Source of the DNA: an uncultured beta proteobacterium
Lineage (GTDB): Bacteria; Pseudomonadota; Gammaproteobacteria; Burkholderiales; Casimicrobiaceae
NCBI GenBank assembly: GCA_963776175.1
Contig: CAVZLP010000013.1
Span: 2,479-66,478, forward strand
Direction: 5' to 3'
DNA: 64,000 nt
Shown piece after piece: positions 9,584-20,018 of the stretch (position 1 is its first letter; the number at the start of each line of letters is the position of its first letter). The notes beneath the pieces were generated by a model, which was not told the DNA's origin, made no database searches, and saw nothing but the letters and a program-made list of their open reading frames with translations. Both the position numbers and the translations under genes were made by a program.

Positions 9584-9796
9584 GTCGATTGCGGCCGGTC
9601 GCCATCGGCACGAGGTTTTTCAAATCGACGATTCATGGTGAAGTAGAGCGCTCGAATTTCTGCTTCGATTCGCAGCGAATCAATGTAGCCGGACCGTAGC
9701 TTCGCCACGCTCTTAACGCTTCCCTTTGCACGTTGAGTAGCTACACCCGGAATTGGCGGACGCTGCAAGGACTTGATTTAGTTACAGGCCAATTTC
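9584..9796 (+). repeat. 213-bp direct repeat, copy B
   Basis: See copy A. The pair brackets 8014-9583. Confidence 0.9.
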
Positions 9797-9903
9797 GTCC
9801 GCGACGCGGCCGAGGCCGCGGTCGGGGCGCCATGGGCGCCGACGCTGGAAATTTGCTATCGTCGCAACTTGCCGGACTCGGCCGGCTTCCGGGAGTGGCG
9901 ACG

Positions 9904-10872
9904 ATGGCAACGGTCACGAGTGGCCAACCGACCATGCCGCGGCGCAGCAACGCGCTTGGCGTGCATTCGCTGAATCGTTTCGTGTTCACGGTCCCGGACT
10001 TGGCACCCGCCGAGGCGTTTTACCGGTCATTCGGGCTCGACGCGCGGCGCGACGGCAATCGCCTCGACCTCTACACGCACGGCCATCCCCACTGCTGGGG
10101 TAGTGTTTACGCGAACGGCGAGCCGAAGCGACTCCAGTACCTGAGCTTTGCCGCCTACGCGGACGATTTCGACGCGCTGGCGGAGCGCGTGCGCAGCGCC
10201 GGCGCCGCCGACGCGCATCCGCTCTCGGACGGGCAGGGCGTGTGGACGCGCGATGCCGACGGCACCCCGATCCAGGTCGTCGTCGGACCCAAGGTGTCGC
10301 CGGCGGTCAAGGCAGAGGACACGCAAGTGCCGCCGCCTCCGCCCGGCAAGGGCGCCGCGCCGGGACGCAGCGCGGCCGCGCCGGTGCGGCCGCGACGCCT
10401 GTCGCACGTGCTGCTGTTCTCGCCGGACGTGTCGCGGCAGGCCGCGTTCTACGAGCGCGTCCTCGGCCTGCGGCTGGCAGACCGCTCCGGCGACATCATC
10501 GCGTTCATGTACGGTCCGCATGCGAGCGACCACCACATGGTCGCGTTCGCGAAATCGGAAGCGCCGGGTCTGCATCATTCGAGCTGGGACGTCGGCCGCT
10601 TCGACGATGTGGGGCTCGGCGCCGAGCTCATGAAGGCGAAGGGGTACGACCATGGGTGGGGCGTGGGCCGGCACGTGCTGGGCTCGAACTACTTCTACTA
10701 CGTGCAGGACCCGTGGGGAAGCTGGGCCGAGTACTCGTACGACATCGACTTCGTCCCCGCCGACGTCGACTGGCCGGCCGCCGATCATCCGGTGGAGGAT
10801 TCGTTCTACATCTGGGGGCCGACGGTCCCCGACGACTTCGTCGTCAATCACGAGCAACCGCGAACCGCGTGA
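9904..10872 (+). CDS. two-domain VOC-family protein (extradiol/catechol 2,3-dioxygenase-like)
   Basis: Contains two glyoxalase/VOC-like modules (LNRFVFTVPDLAPAEAFY...; LSHVLLFSPDVSRQAAFYERVLGLRL...DHHMVAF...HHSSWDV). The start is chosen at the ATG at 9904 (MATVTSGQ), downstream of repeat copy B. Confidence 0.75.
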   Translation: MATVTSGQPTMPRRSNALGVHSLNRFVFTVPDLAPAEAFYRSFGLDARRDGNRLDLYTHGHPHCWGSVYANGEPKRLQYLSFAAYADDFDALAERVRSAGAADAHPLSDGQGVWTRDADGTPIQVVVGPKVSPAVKAEDTQVPPPPPGKGAAPGRSAAAPVRPRRLSHVLLFSPDVSRQAAFYERVLGLRLADRSGDIIAFMYGPHASDHHMVAFAKSEAPGLHHSSWDVGRFDDVGLGAELMKAKGYDHGWGVGRHVLGSNYFYYVQDPWGSWAEYSYDIDFVPADVDWPAADHPVEDSFYIWGPTVPDDFVVNHEQPRTA

Positions 10873-10965
10873 GCCGGCGGCCCGCGAAAAGAACGGCACG
10901 CTGAAGGCGACGATTCGCGCCGCCGCGGCGATGCCGAGGACAACGCCCACGAGGAGGAACGCTCG

Positions 10966-12175
10966 ATGAGGATCGCACATTGCTTGACCCGTTGGCTGGG
11001 CGCTGTCGTTTGCGCCTTCGCATTCGCGGCGACGGGCGCGCTCGCGCAGGGCAGCCAGCCGCCCATCAAGATCGGCAGCACGCTCGCGCTGACCGGGCCG
11101 CTCGCCGCGACGAGCCTCGTGCACAAGGTCGTCGGCGAGATCTACGTCGAGCAGTTGAACAAGCGCGGCGGCCTGCTCGGCCGGCCCGTCGAGTGGATCG
11201 TCAAGGATGACCAGTCGAAGCCCGACCTTGCGCGCACGCTCTACGAGCAGCTCCTCACCGTCGACAAGGTGGACCTGCTGATGGGTCCGTACGCCACCGG
11301 CGCGATCCTGTCGGCGATGAGCGTCGCGCAGCGCTACGACAAGGTGCTCGTCCACCACACGTTCGGCATCCCGTCGCTCGCCAAGTACGACAAGCAGTTC
11401 CCGGCCTGGTCGCTCGGCCCCGATCCGGCGAACACGGTCCCGACCACGGTGTTCAACGCGCTGGCCGCATCGCCCAAGCCCCCGAAGACGATCGCCGTGG
11501 TCACGAGCAAGTTCCCGTCGGTCCACTTCATGTCGCTCGGCGCCCGCGAGGTCGCGAAAAAGCGCGGGCTCAACGAAGTGCTGTTCCTCGAATGGGACTT
11601 CGGCAATCTCGACTACGGTCCGATCGCCGCGCGCGTCAAGGACGCCCATCCGGACTTCCTCTGGGTCGGCGCGCTTGGACTCGAGGGCAACCAGCTGCTC
11701 GAGGCGATGAACAAGATCGGCTATACGCCCAAGGAACACTTCTACATGTACCCGGCGCCGGGGCCGATGTCCAAGTCGCCGCTCGCGAAGAACGCGCTGT
11801 CGATGACGATGTTCGAAGAGCATCCGCCTTTTACTAATGCGCCCGGCGCCGCCGAATTCATCGCTCTCTATCACGAACGCGCTGCGAAGGCGGGCATCCC
11901 CGACACCAACGTCGAGGTGCAGGCCGCGGCGTCGTACACGGCGTGGCAGATCCTCGAGGCGGCCGTCCGCGGCGACGAACAGCCTCGACGACGCGAAGAT
12001 GGCGGCGTGGCTGAAGGCCAACCGCGTCGACACGATCCAGGGCAAGCTGCGCTTCGATGGCCCGAGCAACTACGGCGACGACCTGATGCGCGTCAAGCAG
12101 GTGCAGAACGGGCGCTGGGTCACCGTCTACCCGAAGGAATACGCGGCTCCGGGCGCGACGCTGCTCGTGCAATGA
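10966..12175 (+). CDS. Liv-type (branched-chain amino acid family) ABC substrate-binding protein, frameshifted as assembled
   Basis: Has a signal peptide, then PIKIGSTLALTGPLA, LLMGPYATG and FLWVGALG. The C-terminus (SLDDAKMAAWLKANRVDTIQGKLRFDG...) is in ORF 11837..12175. The frame change is near 11960-11975. Confidence 0.8.
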
Positions 12176-13029
12176 CGTTCCCGAGCGGGACGCTGCTCGC
12201 GCAGTCGGCGCTCTCCGGCGTCTTCATCGGCAGCATGTACGGGCTGCTGGGGATGGGGCTCGGCCTCGCGTGGGGGCTGCTGCACGTCATCAACCTCGCG
12301 CACTTCGCGTTCGCGTTCCTTGCGGCTTACCTCTGCTATCAGCTCGCGAGCGTCGGCGGCATCGATCCGCTGCTGACGCTCGCGCTGATCGTCCCGCTGT
12401 TCTTCGCGCTGGGCGTGGCCGTGCAGTGGCTGCTGTCGCGCTTCGCGGTGTCGCCGCTCAACTCGCTGCTCGCGACGTTCGGCCTGACCGCGATCATCGA
12501 GGCCGCCATCCAGTACTTCTGGACCGCCGACTTCCGCAAGCTCGAGTCCGTCTATTCCGGCGCAGAAGCTGCGCGTGGGCGAGCTGTTCGTGCCGATTCC
12601 CGAACTGCTGACGCTGGTGCTGGCGCTGCTGCTCGGGTTCGGCATCTGGGCGGCGATGCGCTACACGGACCTCGGGCGCGCGCTGCGCGCGCTGGCCGAG
12701 GACGCGCCGATGGCGGCGGCCTTCGGCGTGAACCGGCGCGCACACGCGCTGCTGCTGGCGGGCGTGTGCGGCACGCTCGCCGGCATCGCCGGCGTGTGCC
12801 TCGCGCTGTCGTTCACGCTGACGCCGTCGCAGATCTACGCGTGGGTGGGCGTCGTGTTCGCCGCCGTGATGCTGGGCGGGCTGGGCTCGCCGCTGGGACC
12901 GCTCGCCGCCGGCATCGTCGTCGGCGTCAGCGAGGCGGTGACGATGGCGTTCGCCTCGCCGTCGTGGGCGCCGATCGTGTCGTTCTCGCTGCTGATCGCC
13001 TGCTGCTGCTGCGCCCGGGCCGCACCTGA
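12172..13029 (+). CDS. Liv-type ABC permease (LivH-like), two frameshifts as assembled
   Basis: ATGA overlap with the upstream stop. The sequence runs MTFPSGTLLAQSALSGVFIGSMYGLLGMGLGLAWG...INLAHFAF, then (ORF 12575 frame) GELFVPIPELL...DLGRALRALAEDAPMAAAFGVN...GGLGSPLGPLAAGIVVG. Confidence 0.75.
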   Translation: MTFPSGTLLAQSALSGVFIGSMYGLLGMGLGLAWGLLHVINLAHFAFAFLAAYLCYQLASVGGIDPLLTLALIVPLFFALGVAVQWLLSRFAVSPLNSLLATFGLTAIIEAAIQYFWTADFRKLESVYSGAEAARGRAVRADSRTADAGAGAAARVRHLGGDALHGPRARAARAGRGRADGGGLRREPARTRAAAGGRVRHARRHRRRVPRAVVHADAVADLRVGGRRVRRRDAGRAGLAAGTARRRHRRRRQRGGDDGVRLAVVGADRVVLAADRLLLLRPGRT

Positions 13030-13082
13030 AACTCGACCGGACGCTCGTCGGGATCGGCGCCGCGGGCCTCGCGCTCGCGGTC

Positions 13083-14784
13083 GTGCCGTTCTTGCACCTT
13101 CCTGCGTTCTACGAGTCGTTCCTCTACCTCGTGTTCCACTGGATCGTGCTCGCCACGTCCTGGAACATCCTGAGCGGTTACTCCGGCTATTTCTCGTTCG
13201 GGCACGGCGCGTTCTTCGGCGCCGGCGTCTACACGACGGCGGTGCTGGCCGGCAAGTACGACGTGCCGTTCCTGTGGACGCTGCCCGCCGCCGCCCTCGT
13301 CGCGGCGCTGCTGGGGCTGGGCCTGGGCGCGGTGGTCTTCCGCGTGCGCCACGTGCGCGGCGAGCTGTTCGCGCTGCTGACGCTGGCGGCCACGTTCGTG
13401 CTCGCGACGATCGTCCTCAACACGCCCATCGACGGCGGCCCCGGCGTGTACCTGTCCGCGGTTCCAGTACCGAAGCTCGCGCCGACGCCGTCCGGCGCGT
13501 TCTACATGATGGCGCTCGCACTCGCGATCGGCACGGTGGCGATCGCGTACGCGATCGCGCGCGGCGCGACTCGGGCTGGGACTCTTCGCCATCCACGACG
13601 ACGAGGACGCGGCGGAGGTCATGGGCGTGCCGACCTACGGCTACAAGCTCGTCGCGTTCGGCGTCTCCTGCGCGCTCGCCGGCGTCGCGGGCGGCATCCA
13701 GGCGTTGTTCGTGTCGTACGTCACCGCGAACGGCACCTTCAACATCACGGTGCCGCTGACGGTCGTGCTGATGAGCGTGCTCGGCGGCACGCGTTTCTGG
13801 GCCGGCCCGGCGATCGGCGCTACCGCGATCACGATCCTGCTCTACGCGACGACGGCCGCCGACCAGCCGGTGGTCGGCAAGGCGGTGGCGGGCGCGGTTC
13901 TCGTCGCGGCGATCCTGCTGATGCCGGAAGGGATCCTCGGCCGGGCCTTCGCGCGGCGCGGCCGTGGCGCGCCACCCGCGCCGGCGTCGGCACCGACGCT
14001 GGTTCACGCGGATGCCGTCGTCGGCGCCATCGAACTCCCGGCCGCAGAAGGCGACCGGCCGGTGCTGCTGGCGGTACGCGGCGTCGCCAAGTCGTTCAAG
14101 GGCGTGCGCGCGCTCGACGGCGTCGACCTCGACGTGCGCGCAGGCGAGATCCTCGGCGTGGTCGGTCCCAACGGATCGGGCAAGTCGACGCTGATCAATG
14201 TCGTGAGCGGCCATTTCCGTGCCGACGCCGGCAGCGCGCGCTTCGGCAACGTCGACCTGCTCGCGCTGCCCGCGCACCGGATCGCGCGCGCCGGTGTGGC
14301 GCGCACCTACCAGATCCCACGGCCGTTCGCGCATCTCACGGTCCGCGACAACGTTGCGCTCGCCGCGATGTTCGGCGGCACGGCGCTCGACCGGCGTCAC
14401 GCGGCAGAGGCCGCGTCGCACTGGCTGCAGTTCACCGGCCTCGCGGCGCGCGCCGACGCGTATCCGGGCGACCTCAACCTGCACCAGGCCAAGTTCCTCG
14501 AGCTGGCGCGCGGGCTCGCCGCGAAGCCGCGTCTCCTCATGCTCGACGAGGTGCTGTCGGGCCTCACGCCGGCGGAGATCGACGATGCGATCGACCTCAT
14601 CCTCCGCATTCGTGCGCAGGGCACGACCATCGTGCTGGTCGAGCACGTGATGCGGGTGGTGACGGCGCTCGCCGAACGCATCGTGGTCCTCGACCAGGGC
14701 GACGTGCTGGCCGAGGGACGCACCGCCGACGTGATGGCGCGGCCGGACGTCGTCGCGGCCTACCTGGGCGATCCTCATGCTTGA
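13083..14784 (+). CDS. Liv-type ABC permease fused in frame to an ATP-binding domain (LivM-LivG-like), one frameshift as assembled
   Basis: The permease part reads NILSGYSGYFSFGHGAFFGAGVY...LFAIHDDEDAAEVMGVPT...GGTRFWAGP. It runs without a stop into the ATPase GPNGSGKSTLINVVSG...LMLDEVLSGL...VLVEH. The frame change is near 13560-13575. Confidence 0.8.
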
Positions 14785-15494
14785 GGTCCGCGACCTCGAG
14801 GTGGACTACGGCGCGGCGCCGGCGGTCTGCGACGTGTCGCTCGACCTCGCCGCCGGCGAGCTCGTCTGCGTCCTCGGGCCGAACGGCGCCGGCAAGTCGA
14901 CGCTGATCAACGCGCTGGCCGGCCTGCATCGCGCCAGCGCCGGACGGATCGCGATGGACGGGCGCGACCTGACCTCGATGCCGGCGCATCGCTATTGCAG
15001 CGCCGGTATCGCGATCGTGCCCGAAGGCCGCCGGCTGTTCACGCGGATGAGCGTGCGCGAGAATCTCGAGGTCGGCAGCTACGCCGCCCGCGGCGCGAAA
15101 GGAGCGCGCGCGCACGCTCGAGCGGGTGTGCACGCTGTTCCCGGCCGTGCGCGACAAGCTCGACGCGCCTGCCGGCGCGCTGTCGGGCGGCCAGCAGCAG
15201 ATGGTGGCGATCGGCCGCGCGCTGATGGCGCAGCCGCGACTGCTCCTGCTCGACGAGCCGTCGCTCGGGCTGTCGCCGCTCATCGTGCAGGCCATGTTCG
15301 GCGCGATCCGGGAGGTCAATGCGGGCGGGACGTCGGTGCTGCTCGTCGAGCAGAACGTGGCCAATGCGCTCGCCATCGCCGATCGGGCGTATCTGCTCGA
15401 GGAAGGCCGGATTGTCGCCGAGGGCACGCCCGACGCGGTGTTCGGCGACCCGGCGCTGCGGCGCGCCTATCTGGGCGCGGCCACGGGTCCTTGA
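14777..15494 (+). CDS. Liv-type ABC ATP-binding protein (LivF-like), frameshifted as assembled
   Basis: Walker [17 protein letters not shown] is in ORF 14777. The signature LSGGQQQM and Walker [12 protein letters not shown] are in ORF 15126..15494. The frame change is near 15085-15100. Confidence 0.85.
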
Positions 15495-15545
15495 ACCGAT
15501 CGCGTAAATTAACGGCAGCCGTCCCACCACGAGAGGAACCGAGCC

Positions 15546-16106
15546 ATGAGCAGGACACCCGTCGGCGCCATCGTCGGCAGCAACCGCCGCGAGTCGATCA
15601 ACCGCCGCCTGGCGCTCGCGCTGACGCGGCTCGTCGAGGACCGCATCGCGTGGCGCTGGATCCGCATCGATGACCTGCCGATGTACAACCAGGACCTCGA
15701 GCCGGACCGGCCCGAGACCGTACGGCGCTTCACGGCGGAGGTCGCGAGCGTCCCGGCCGTGTTCTTCGTCACGCCGGAGCACAACCGCTCGCTCCCCGCC
15801 GTGCTCAAGAACGCGATCGACTGGGGGTCGAAGCCGACGGACAAGCAGGTGTGGCGCGGCCGCGTCGCGGCCATCACCGGCACGTCGTTCGGCGTCATCG
15901 GCACGGCCGTCGGCCAGCAGCATCTGCGGCAGATCCTGGGCATCCTCGGCATGACCGTGATGGGCGGCGAGGCGTACATCTCGTTCAAGCCGGATCCCGT
16001 CGACCACGACGGCAACTTTCTCGACGAGAGCAAGCGCGCGTTCTGCCAGGCGTACATGGACCAGTTCGTCGCGCTGGTCGCACGGTTTGCCGATCCGAGC
16101 GTTTAG
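15546..16106 (+). CDS. NADPH-dependent FMN reductase family protein
   Basis: 186-aa ORF with GSNRRESINRRLA, VFFVTPEHNRSLPAVLKNAIDW and ITGTSFG. This is a typical FMN_red/ChrR-like pattern. Confidence 0.85.
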   Translation: MSRTPVGAIVGSNRRESINRRLALALTRLVEDRIAWRWIRIDDLPMYNQDLEPDRPETVRRFTAEVASVPAVFFVTPEHNRSLPAVLKNAIDWGSKPTDKQVWRGRVAAITGTSFGVIGTAVGQQHLRQILGILGMTVMGGEAYISFKPDPVDHDGNFLDESKRAFCQAYMDQFVALVARFADPSV

Positions 16107-16119
16107 TGAACGACCTGAA

Positions 16120-16950
16120 TCACGACGCGAAGCCCAACAGCTCGCGCGGCGTGTCCCACAGCAGCTTGCGACGATCGGCGGTATCCGGAAACAGCCTGAG
16201 CGCGAGGTGCAGCAGCACGCCGTAGTCGACGCGCACCGGCGTGCGAAGGTAGGGCCAATCCGACGCCCACAGGCAATGGTCGAGCGTGAACGCTTCGACC
16301 AGCGCCGCGACGAAAGGCCATGTATCGTCGTACAGCGCGGGCTCGCGCGAGAACTTCACGAACCCAGAGAGCTTGACGAAGGCGCGCCTGGTTGTACCGA
16401 GTTCGAGCAGTGCCCGGAAGCCCGGCTGGCCGAGCCCGGCATCCACCGTGGGACGGCCGCAATGGTCGACGAGGATGCGAACGCCGGAATCGGCAAGCAT
16501 CGGCATCAGCGGCACGAGCTGGTCGTGCTCGACCTGGATATCGACGAACATGTCGAGCGCGACGAGCTTCTTCAGGAGCGGCTCCGCGTCGTGGTAGTAA
16601 TCGACGCCGTAGTGCGTGACGTTCCATGCCACGCCGACGACACCCGCGCGCTTGAGCGCCTTGAGCTCGTCCAAGGTCGCGTCGTTTGCGACCACGGCGA
16701 TGCCCTTGTAACGTCCCGCACCGACGGCAATCGTATCGAGCATGCAGGCATTGTCGAGGCCATAGCCGGAGTTCGGGCCGACCAGCAGCGCGTGGCGCGC
16801 CCCGTACGCGTCCATCACCTGGGCCAACTGCGCCGGCGTGCCGATTTCCTGGCCCGTCGGCGCGTAATGGGTGTCGGCGCGGTAGGGAAAGCGCGCGGGA
16901 TCGAGGACGTGCACGTGGCAGTCGATCTTCGGCTCTTCGAAGATGCTCAT
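16120..16950 (-). CDS. amidohydrolase-2 family protein (2-pyrone-4,6-dicarboxylate lactonase LigI-like)
   Basis: Starts MSIFEEPKIDCHVHVLD..., with LVDHCGRP, FVKLSGF and LWASDWPY. The LigI assignment is supported only by family-level motifs and lig-cluster context. Confidence 0.7.
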   Translation of the reverse strand: MSIFEEPKIDCHVHVLDPARFPYRADTHYAPTGQEIGTPAQLAQVMDAYGARHALLVGPNSGYGLDNACMLDTIAVGAGRYKGIAVVANDATLDELKALKRAGVVGVAWNVTHYGVDYYHDAEPLLKKLVALDMFVDIQVEHDQLVPLMPMLADSGVRILVDHCGRPTVDAGLGQPGFRALLELGTTRRAFVKLSGFVKFSREPALYDDTWPFVAALVEAFTLDHCLWASDWPYLRTPVRVDYGVLLHLALRLFPDTADRRKLLWDTPRELLGFAS

Positions 16951-17027
16951 TGGAGTACCTTCGCGCTCCGCGCTTCGGTGTTCGCGCTCGGGGCGGCCCT
17001 TCGCGCTCAGGTCCACGACAACAACGC

Positions 17028-17870
17028 CTAGAACGTGGCGGCGATGGCCTGGCGCAGCGCCGGCGTGATCTCCGGCATGACGCCGAACCACGCGTTGAAC
17101 GCCGGACGCGCCTGGTTGAGCAGTAAACCGAGGCCGTTGACGGTGATGTTTCCGCGCATGCGCGCCGCCGCAAGGAGCGGCGTCTCCGGCGGGATGTAAA
17201 TGAGGTCGCCCACCAGCGCGCTCTTGGGAAGGCGATCGAGCGTGATCTCGAGCGGCGGCTTGCCGGCCATGCCAAGGCTCGTCGCGTTGGCGAGGAGCGC
17301 AGCCCCGACGAGTGCGTCCTCGCGCTGGTCCCATGGCAACACCTTCACCACCGGACCGACGGCATCGGCGATTTCTTCCGCCTTGTCGAGCGTGCGGTTG
17401 GCAACGCGAATCTCCTTTGCACCTTGCGCCGCAAGGCTTGCCACCACCGCCCGCGCCGCGCCGCCCGCACCCAGCACCACGATTGGCCCGCTGTCGGGAC
17501 GCCACCGCGGATCGGCGTCACGCAGGCTCTGGATGAACCCGTTGCCGTCGTTGTTGAATCCGGTGAGCGTTCCATCCTTCTCGACGACGACCGTGTTGAC
17601 CGCGCCGATTTTGCGCGCGAGGTCGTCGACGCGGTCGAGCAGGGGAAAGACCGCCTGCTTGTGGGGTGTGGTGACATTGCAGCCGCGCAGGCCGAGCGCC
17701 CCGATGCCGCGTACGGCGGCTTCGAGCTTCTCCGGAGGCACGGCAAAGAGCACGTAGCGCCCCGGAATGCCGTGCTGCGCGAGCCAATGGTTGTGGATGA
17801 CCGGCGAGCGCGAGTGCGCCACCGGCCATCCCAGAAGGCCTGCGATGCCGAAGGTGTTTTGATCTGCCAT
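17028..17870 (-). CDS. aroE: shikimate/quinate dehydrogenase family protein
   Basis: GWPVAHSRSPVIHN, CNVTTPHK, NTVV, FNNDGNGF and VLGAGGAARAV are canonical AroE motifs. The location inside an aromatic-catabolic cluster may indicate a paralogue rather than biosynthetic AroE. Confidence 0.8.
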   Translation of the reverse strand: MADQNTFGIAGLLGWPVAHSRSPVIHNHWLAQHGIPGRYVLFAVPPEKLEAAVRGIGALGLRGCNVTTPHKQAVFPLLDRVDDLARKIGAVNTVVVEKDGTLTGFNNDGNGFIQSLRDADPRWRPDSGPIVVLGAGGAARAVVASLAAQGAKEIRVANRTLDKAEEIADAVGPVVKVLPWDQREDALVGAALLANATSLGMAGKPPLEITLDRLPKSALVGDLIYIPPETPLLAAARMRGNITVNGLGLLLNQARPAFNAWFGVMPEITPALRQAIAATF

Positions 17871-17904
17871 CGCTTAGTCTTCCATTCCGCTGACCGACCC
17901 GCCG

Positions 17905-19053
17905 TTATTTGCCGGCGGACAACGACGGCAACGTTGCGATCACTTCCTGCTTGCCGTTCACGACCTTCGTCATGAAGCTTTCGCGATCGAGATCGCCGTT
18001 CTTGTCGAAGCTCACGTCCATCAGGATGCCCGGGTACTCCTTCGCGGACAGCCTGATGCCGTGCATGGCTTCGGCGAAAGCCCTCTGATCGAACTTGCCG
18101 ACCTTCTCGGTGACCGCTTTGACAATGTATATCCCAGTGTAGCCCTTCAGGCCGTTGTGGTCGGGCTTATAGTTGTATTCCTTCTGGAATTTGGCCGCGA
18201 ACGCTCGGATGCCGGGATCGGGCGCGTCCGCGGTGAGGCCGACGTGCGCGACCGCGCCGTTCGCGCCGTCGCCCGCGAGTTCGATCACCTTCTGGCTCGT
18301 GAGCACGGTCTCGCCGACGATCGGCTTGTCGTAGCCCTGTTTGCGGAGCTCGCGCAGTGCCCGCGCGGCCTCCTCCTCGTTGGTGTAGACGAACAGCGCG
18401 TCCGCGTTGGCCTGCTTGGCCTTGAGCACGGCGCCGGAGAAGTCGAGTTGCCCCGGGTCGGTCGAGATGTCGGCGACTACCTTGATGCCGTGCGGCTCGA
18501 GGGCCTTCATGAACACGTCGCGGCCGCCCTTGCCGAAATCGTTGTTGGTATAGATGATGGCCACCGTCTTCGCCTTCAGATTGTCCTTGAGATAGCGGGC
18601 AACCTTGGGCATGGCCGTGGACTGCGTGAAAGACGTGCGGAAGATGTACGGATTGCCCTGCTGGGTGATCGCCGCCGCCTCGCCGCCCGTGAAGTTGGGG
18701 ATCTCGGCGCGCCGCGTTTCCGCCATGCTGACGATGATCGAGCCCGAGAACACCGGTCCCATCACGATGTAGGCGCCATCGTCGATCGCCTTGACCGCAA
18801 GCGCTTTCGCCGTCTGCGGCTGCGACTGCGTATCAGAGGAGCTGTACTCGATGCTGCGCCCCAGGATGCCGCCGGCGGCGTTGATCTCCTTTACCGCGAG
18901 CTTCACGCCGTCGTTGAAGTTGGTGCCCGACGTGGCGCCGGTCCCCGACAGCTCAACCAGTCCGAAGATCTTGACCGGTTGGGTCTGGGCGAGGAGTGGC
19001 TGCGCCAGTGCGAGGCTTACGAGGAAGATGCAAATACGTGCAATGGAGCGCAT
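17905..19053 (-). CDS. Liv-type periplasmic substrate-binding protein
   Basis: Signal MRSIARICIFLVSLALAQPLLAQ, then VKIFGLVELSGTGATSG, YIVMGPVFSG and FVYTNEEEAA. The start is chosen at the ATG at 19053. Confidence 0.8.
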   Translation of the reverse strand: MRSIARICIFLVSLALAQPLLAQTQPVKIFGLVELSGTGATSGTNFNDGVKLAVKEINAAGGILGRSIEYSSSDTQSQPQTAKALAVKAIDDGAYIVMGPVFSGSIIVSMAETRRAEIPNFTGGEAAAITQQGNPYIFRTSFTQSTAMPKVARYLKDNLKAKTVAIIYTNNDFGKGGRDVFMKALEPHGIKVVADISTDPGQLDFSGAVLKAKQANADALFVYTNEEEAARALRELRKQGYDKPIVGETVLTSQKVIELAGDGANGAVAHVGLTADAPDPGIRAFAAKFQKEYNYKPDHNGLKGYTGIYIVKAVTEKVGKFDQRAFAEAMHGIRLSAKEYPGILMDVSFDKNGDLDRESFMTKVVNGKQEVIATLPSLSAGK

Positions 19054-19282
19054 GGGACTGATGACCCTCCGGTATCCGAAGCGTTTATGGGGGGAACGGC
19101 AAGGAGCCAGCCCTGATTCTCTCTCAGATGCGGGCACAGAGGTGCAAGTAATCCAGTCTGAAGCTATCGAAAATGTTTATCGACGCGCAGCAAGGCGGCA
19201 TCCGTTTGGGTAGACTAGCGTCATCCCGATTTCTGTCGGCCGTTAAAGCGATGCAACCTGAGCGGTAGATGGAGCGTGCTAC

Positions 19283-20002
19283 TCACGCGCCGGCTCGTGC
19301 TGGCTCCATGCCATGGCGGCGCTTCGCCGCGTCGGCTTCCGGTGAACCGAGGAAGGCGAGCAACGCATGGGTGGCCGCGCCACGGCTGGACGCGGTGCAT
19401 ACCGCTGCGGAGAATACCGTGGCCACCTGAATTTCCGGTGGAAGCAGGCCGATGACGTCGATGCCCGGCAGGTGCATCAATTCGCTCAACTGCTGGAAGC
19501 CCAGTTCGACATCGCCCCGTGCCACGAGCGTGCCTACGGGAACGCCGGGCGGAGCTTGGATGACGCGCGGCGCAATGGCGTCGGCGATGCCCCAACGCTC
19601 GAACAAGCGGACAAGGTGGGCACCGCTCGGGCCGGTCGAATAGCCGATGCTGCGTGCGCTCAGGACGGCGTCACGAAGCGCCGCTTCGCTACCAACGTCG
19701 GGTCGTGGCGCCCCGGCGGCCACCGCTATCGCCACACCGGAACGAGCGAGATCGGTTCGACTGCCCGGATCGACCCGGCCGGCGGATGCCAACTGCTCGA
19801 TCGCTTCGGCGGCAAGCACGACGAAGTCGAACGGTTCGCCATCCTTGACCCGCCGGGCGGCGTCGACACCGCCCACCGACACGATGACCACCCGTTGTTG
19901 TGACCGCTGCTCGTAAGCATCGGCCAGCTCGGCGAGCACATGCCGCATCGCCATCGAGGAGATGCCGGTGATGACGTCGACCTTGTGTGACGGGACGCTC
20001 AT
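19283..20002 (-). CDS. PBP2-fold (ModA-like) binding-domain protein without signal peptide
   Basis: 239-aa ORF with VDVITGISSMAMRHVLAELA and GYSTGPSGAHL. I see no N-terminal signal. Function is unknown. Confidence 0.55.
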   Translation of the reverse strand: MSVPSHKVDVITGISSMAMRHVLAELADAYEQRSQQRVVIVSVGGVDAARRVKDGEPFDFVVLAAEAIEQLASAGRVDPGSRTDLARSGVAIAVAAGAPRPDVGSEAALRDAVLSARSIGYSTGPSGAHLVRLFERWGIADAIAPRVIQAPPGVPVGTLVARGDVELGFQQLSELMHLPGIDVIGLLPPEIQVATVFSAAVCTASSRGAATHALLAFLGSPEADAAKRRHGMEPARAGA

Positions 20003-20018
20003 CTCTTCGCTGCCTGAG

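Noticed and set aside
10027-12069. 680-aa minus-strand ORF, the longest in that region
   Set aside because: It is antisense to the VOC dioxygenase and Liv binding-protein genes. Its composition is extremely Arg/Gly/Ala/Asp-rich with no motifs. This is a typical high-GC shadow ORF.
13417-14778. 453-aa minus-strand ORF. Similar long antisense ORFs occur at 30401..31678(-), 32758..33954(+), 33878..34891(+), 38751..40145(+), 16103..17275(-), 54851..56035(+) and 63269..63919(-).
   Set aside because: All lie opposite genes with strong family motifs and high GC3. Their translations are Arg-rich low-complexity strings, so I regard them as shadow ORFs rather than overlapping genes.
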